A program made the position numbers and the translations under genes. Below, piece by piece: positions 18,431 through 21,854 of a stretch of 21,854 bases of DNA. The notes under the pieces were generated by a model. The model worked only from the letters and a program-made list of their open reading frames with translations. It had not been told where the DNA came from and searched no databases. Within the stretch, counting starts at the first letter, position 1, and the number at the start of each line of letters is the position of its first letter. This DNA is from Candidatus Zixiibacteriota bacterium (lineage in GTDB: Bacteria > Zixibacteria > MSB-5A5 > GN15 > FEB-12), in NCBI GenBank assembly GCA_041742355.1, contig JBGSIV010000275.1, positions 1-21,854 of the forward strand, given 5' to 3'.

Positions 18431-21400
18431 TTACCTGAGCAGCAGCATCTTTCTTGTCTGCACCACACCATTGACTTCAAGCCGGTAGAGGTACACTCCG
18501 CTGGCGGCAACGGAGCCATCGGCGCTCGTGCCGTCCCAGGTGAGTCGGTATGTCCCGGCGGCCTGTGATCCCTTATGTAACGTAGTCAGTTTCTGCCCGA
18601 GCACGTTGTAAACGGCCAGGGTAACGTCGGCACGAGCGGTCAGGCTGTACTCGATAACCGTGGAGGGGTTGAACGGATTCGGGTAGTTCTGGCCCAGTTC
18701 AAACGATGACGGCAACGACTGGCCGGGATCGTCATCCCCAATTCCGGTCGAGCTGGCCACCGTGAAGGCAGCGTAGGTTCCCGCTTCGGAAATTGCGGAA
18801 GATACTTCGTTGAAGGCGGTGTCGACCTGTCCGCCAAGGAGGTTCCAGACGCGGGCGGACTCATCCCATCGGAATATGCGAAGCCACTCCTCATCTGCGG
18901 CGACGAGCAGCTCATCGTCAGAATAGCGAATGGTCAGCCTCGCGTTGAGCGCAGGGCTTGTCGCCCCGGTTATCGCGTGGGCCTGACCGGCCTGTTGCAC
19001 CGATATGTCCAGGCCGTTGGGGATTATGGGGTACGGCGACGACAGCAGCAGGAGGCTGTCCTCAGCGGTAACGGAGTCGAAAGCGAGCCCCAGCGATCCG
19101 TCGCCGGAGAAGATCTCACCCGTAGTCGAGTCGATCCGGACAATGCTGTAGAGGAGGTTTATCGGAAATTCCGTCGCCGGTTCATCGGGCGCGGTTACGA
19201 CGATTCCCCCGGTGCCATCAAAGGCGCCAAGCGCAAACTGGTACTGGTCCGGCGACGCTGCGGCGATGAACGGGCCCATGGTCGAGTCTTCCCCGAACAC
19301 CTGCAACTGCGGGAGAGCTGCAAAGGGATTGAGGAATGACGCCGCGATGCTGGTAACCCCGTTGGAGTAGTCTGCGCCAAAGACGAGCGGGTACTCCCCG
19401 GCAACCGGCTGCAATACCACCTCGCTGTCGTCGACACTCTGAACGGGGGCAAACCACCACTCATAGGCCAGCGGCTGCCGGGCGCTCTTCCCCACGCCGA
19501 TCGAGGCGCCCACAAAGGTATAGAACGAATCTCCCGGTCTTACGCCCAGCGCCCGGATCTTTCCGTTGGCTGCGGTTTGCCCCTGAGGGAGGACAAACAG
19601 ATTAGCACCGTCGGGGCGGACTACCCAGATGTCGACGCCGCCCAGTGGTGTTGTCGGCGTGCCCGGCGAGGAGCAGGTAATGATGCGGGTGGCGGCGTCC
19701 GGGGCGGTGTGGGCAATGGGGAAGTCGATCAATGCCCCAACATCGAACGTCCAGTTGGTCGAATCGTTGTTTGGACCCGGCAGGTAATCGTTTCCCGCCG
19801 CGAGCACGCGTTCATCGGGTTTGCTTATGGGAGCGAAGATGGCGTCGGCGGAGTAGGTACCCTCGAAATTGACTTCGAAGAGCCCCCAGCACGAAGTGCC
19901 ATGGGTGGTCCACTGATCAGAATTCTGGCAATCGGCTCCGGCGTAGCGATCGGCCGTCGACATCTCCGAGGTATACGGATGCGGTCCGGGGTACTGGTTA
20001 TCCATGAATCCGTATATTGGCGTTGCGGCGCATCGAACAGTCCCCTCGGCAAAATGGTACTCATCGCGGAATCCGAGTCCGAAGTGTCCGAACTCATGGG
20101 CCAGCGTCCGCGCAAAGATCGCTGAATTAGGAAGGAGTGGGTTTTCGTCGAAGCTGCCCTGGATGTTCGAAGGACGGTTGCCGAAGAAGTCCCGGGGCAT
20201 GAACAGATGCCACCCCGCGTACTTGATACCCCCCGGGTTCGCGCGGGGCCACTCGATGTTGCTGGCGTGGATCCGGATATCGGCTTCACCCCAGAGATCC
20301 TTGTTATCGAGAATCACGATAGTGTCGAACCGCGCCTGACCGTCGGTGACATCGTACAGATAATTGGAGGCGTGGCGGAAGCCGTTCTGCAGCCCGGCGA
20401 TGTAGGACAGTTCGGCATCCCATTCAACCGATGCCACGAGGTTGAACGACACGGTCGTGTGCTGGAGCGTGATGATCTGTTCGGCGACGCTGTCGACGCG
20501 ATCAAACCGAATGTTGCCGGTTGCGTTCAGGTGCTTATTGTCGATTCCGACTGAGTACATCGTGCCCAGATGCGCGAGGTGTTTGCTGAAGGGTTGGCTG
20601 TGGAGAAGTTTCGACACACGTATCGTATCTCCTGTCGCCAGAGGCAATTGACTTAAAGGAATCAGGCCGCCGCTGTTGGTGGTGAATTCGCCTAGAGGGG
20701 TTTCGAGGAAGTCGGAACCTGTGTGGTCGACTTTCGCAATGGCGACGGTTATGCCGGCGAGCGGAGTCTGGGTGGTGTCGACGATTCGGAGTGCGGGCAC
20801 GGGGTTCATCACGAAGGCCCGTCCGAGGCCGCCGATTTTCCCATAGCCGACGATCTGTCCCTTCTCGTTGATGTCCGACGCAAAGTACAACTGGTCCCAG
20901 CCTGACCCGGCCGGAATCAAGTCAGCGAGTTTGCGCATACCCACGATCGTGTCGTAGACGAAAGCCTGCTGCTGGTTGGCTGCGTCGTACGCCTGACCGA
21001 CGATCACGCCGAATTCGTTGATGGCGAGCGCTTCCGAACCTCGTCCGCCAAAGGCCGGCAGTTCATACATCAGACCATCCTCCCAGAAGAAACCCCGCCA
21101 TGCGGTGCAATCAAGGTCGACACATGACCAGCCGACGATAACTCCTTTGTTGTTGATGTCGTTCGCCTGGGCCTCAATTCCCCCAAGAGTGCCGAGGAGT
21201 ATCAGGGAGTCATTGCGGAAAATGCATGCCTCGCCATAACAGTCCTGCGTACAGTCGGTGTACCAGTATCCAACGGCAACCCCGCTGTCATTAATCGCGA
21301 GGGCCTCAGATCCCCAGTAGCTTGTAGGCAGATAATCGAAGACGCCGTTGTGGTAAATGTACAGGCTGTCATACGTCCAACCCACCACCTGCCCCAGATT

Positions 21401-21784
21401 GTTCATGCCTTCCGTGGAGCCGAGACCGAGGTCTATGCCGTTAAAAAAGCCGTGGGTTCCATCCGGCTTCGGACCAGTCCCGAGATAGTCCCCGAGGTCA
21501 TTAATTCCTCTGGGAGTGGTTCGGTTGTATCCGTGAAAGTAGATTTGGTCCGGGTATGCAGCGCCCGGCTCCCAGATGCACATGATGTCGGTAGTGAACT
21601 GGGCTGATCCGGCGCCGGACACCACGCCCAGGTTGTTGATGGCTGTCGCGCTACTGAAGTTCCCGAAGTTCGTGGAAGGGGGATCAAGCTGGAATATTTC
21701 GTACGCTTGCCCTCGGGCGGTGTCCGCGCCAAAGAGAAGGACTACGACGACGCAGACCACTGCAACTTCGACGCGGTTAACCAT
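18431..21784 (-). CDS. Secreted multidomain protein: HAF repeats + CLCA-like Zn metalloprotease + T9SS-type-A/FlgD-like CTD
   Basis: Signal peptide; repeats such as LGTLGG..A.DINNKG.IVGWS; ASNYLYDVTDGQ..F; HEFGHFGLGFRDEY; C-terminal LGQNYPNPFNPST...YNVLGQ...WDG...SGVYLYRL...KMLLLR. Start set at ATG 21784. Confidence 0.85.
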   Translation of the reverse strand: MVNRVEVAVVCVVVVLLFGADTARGQAYEIFQLDPPSTNFGNFSSATAINNLGVVSGAGSAQFTTDIMCIWEPGAAYPDQIYFHGYNRTTPRGINDLGDYLGTGPKPDGTHGFFNGIDLGLGSTEGMNNLGQVVGWTYDSLYIYHNGVFDYLPTSYWGSEALAINDSGVAVGYWYTDCTQDCYGEACIFRNDSLILLGTLGGIEAQANDINNKGVIVGWSCVDLDCTAWRGFFWEDGLMYELPAFGGRGSEALAINEFGVIVGQAYDAANQQQAFVYDTIVGMRKLADLIPAGSGWDQLYFASDINEKGQIVGYGKIGGLGRAFVMNPVPALRIVDTTQTPLAGITVAIAKVDHTGSDFLETPLGEFTTNSGGLIPLSQLPLATGDTIRVSKLLHSQPFSKHLAHLGTMYSVGIDNKHLNATGNIRFDRVDSVAEQIITLQHTTVSFNLVASVEWDAELSYIAGLQNGFRHASNYLYDVTDGQARFDTIVILDNKDLWGEADIRIHASNIEWPRANPGGIKYAGWHLFMPRDFFGNRPSNIQGSFDENPLLPNSAIFARTLAHEFGHFGLGFRDEYHFAEGTVRCAATPIYGFMDNQYPGPHPYTSEMSTADRYAGADCQNSDQWTTHGTSCWGLFEVNFEGTYSADAIFAPISKPDERVLAAGNDYLPGPNNDSTNWTFDVGALIDFPIAHTAPDAATRIITCSSPGTPTTPLGGVDIWVVRPDGANLFVLPQGQTAANGKIRALGVRPGDSFYTFVGASIGVGKSARQPLAYEWWFAPVQSVDDSEVVLQPVAGEYPLVFGADYSNGVTSIAASFLNPFAALPQLQVFGEDSTMGPFIAAASPDQYQFALGAFDGTGGIVVTAPDEPATEFPINLLYSIVRIDSTTGEIFSGDGSLGLAFDSVTAEDSLLLLSSPYPIIPNGLDISVQQAGQAHAITGATSPALNARLTIRYSDDELLVAADEEWLRIFRWDESARVWNLLGGQVDTAFNEVSSAISEAGTYAAFTVASSTGIGDDDPGQSLPSSFELGQNYPNPFNPSTVIEYSLTARADVTLAVYNVLGQKLTTLHKGSQAAGTYRLTWDGTSADGSVAASGVYLYRLEVNGVVQTRKMLLLR

Positions 21785-21854
21785 GGAACACCCTTTCGAC
21801 AACCGTAACGTGGAGTTTTATGATCTAATATAAGGGACCGACAGGATTTGTCAC

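Overview
GC-rich bacterial chromosomal segment, probably from an anaerobic FCB-group lineage; the Cys-flanked dockerin-like tail and the QNYPNPFNP tail suggest Zixibacteria (inference). Genes in order: 5'-truncated MFS transporter (+); divergent K+-independent membrane pyrophosphatase hppA (-); secreted ~14-blade beta-propeller protein with a dockerin-like C-terminus (-); two orphan membrane PAS histidine kinases (-); trxB and cobO/btuR (-); an Rrf2 regulator, dcd, pyruvate:ferredoxin oxidoreductase (nifJ) and a GlsB/YeaQ/YmgE protein (+); and a large secreted protein with HAF repeats, a CLCA-like zinc metalloprotease domain and a T9SS-type CTD (-). The most interesting signals are non-coding. 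(1) A candidate sigma-54-driven ~100-nt sRNA at ~10820-10922 (-), folding as a three-way junction with an exposed anti-Shine-Dalgarno tract, lies directly upstream of the two kinases, which themselves look leaderless (sigma-28-like and sigma-70 promoters). (2) hppA has a fully structured 5' leader with an attenuator-like hairpin. Two unrelated REP-like palindromic elements are also present. All calls were made by eye; no searches or folding programs were run.
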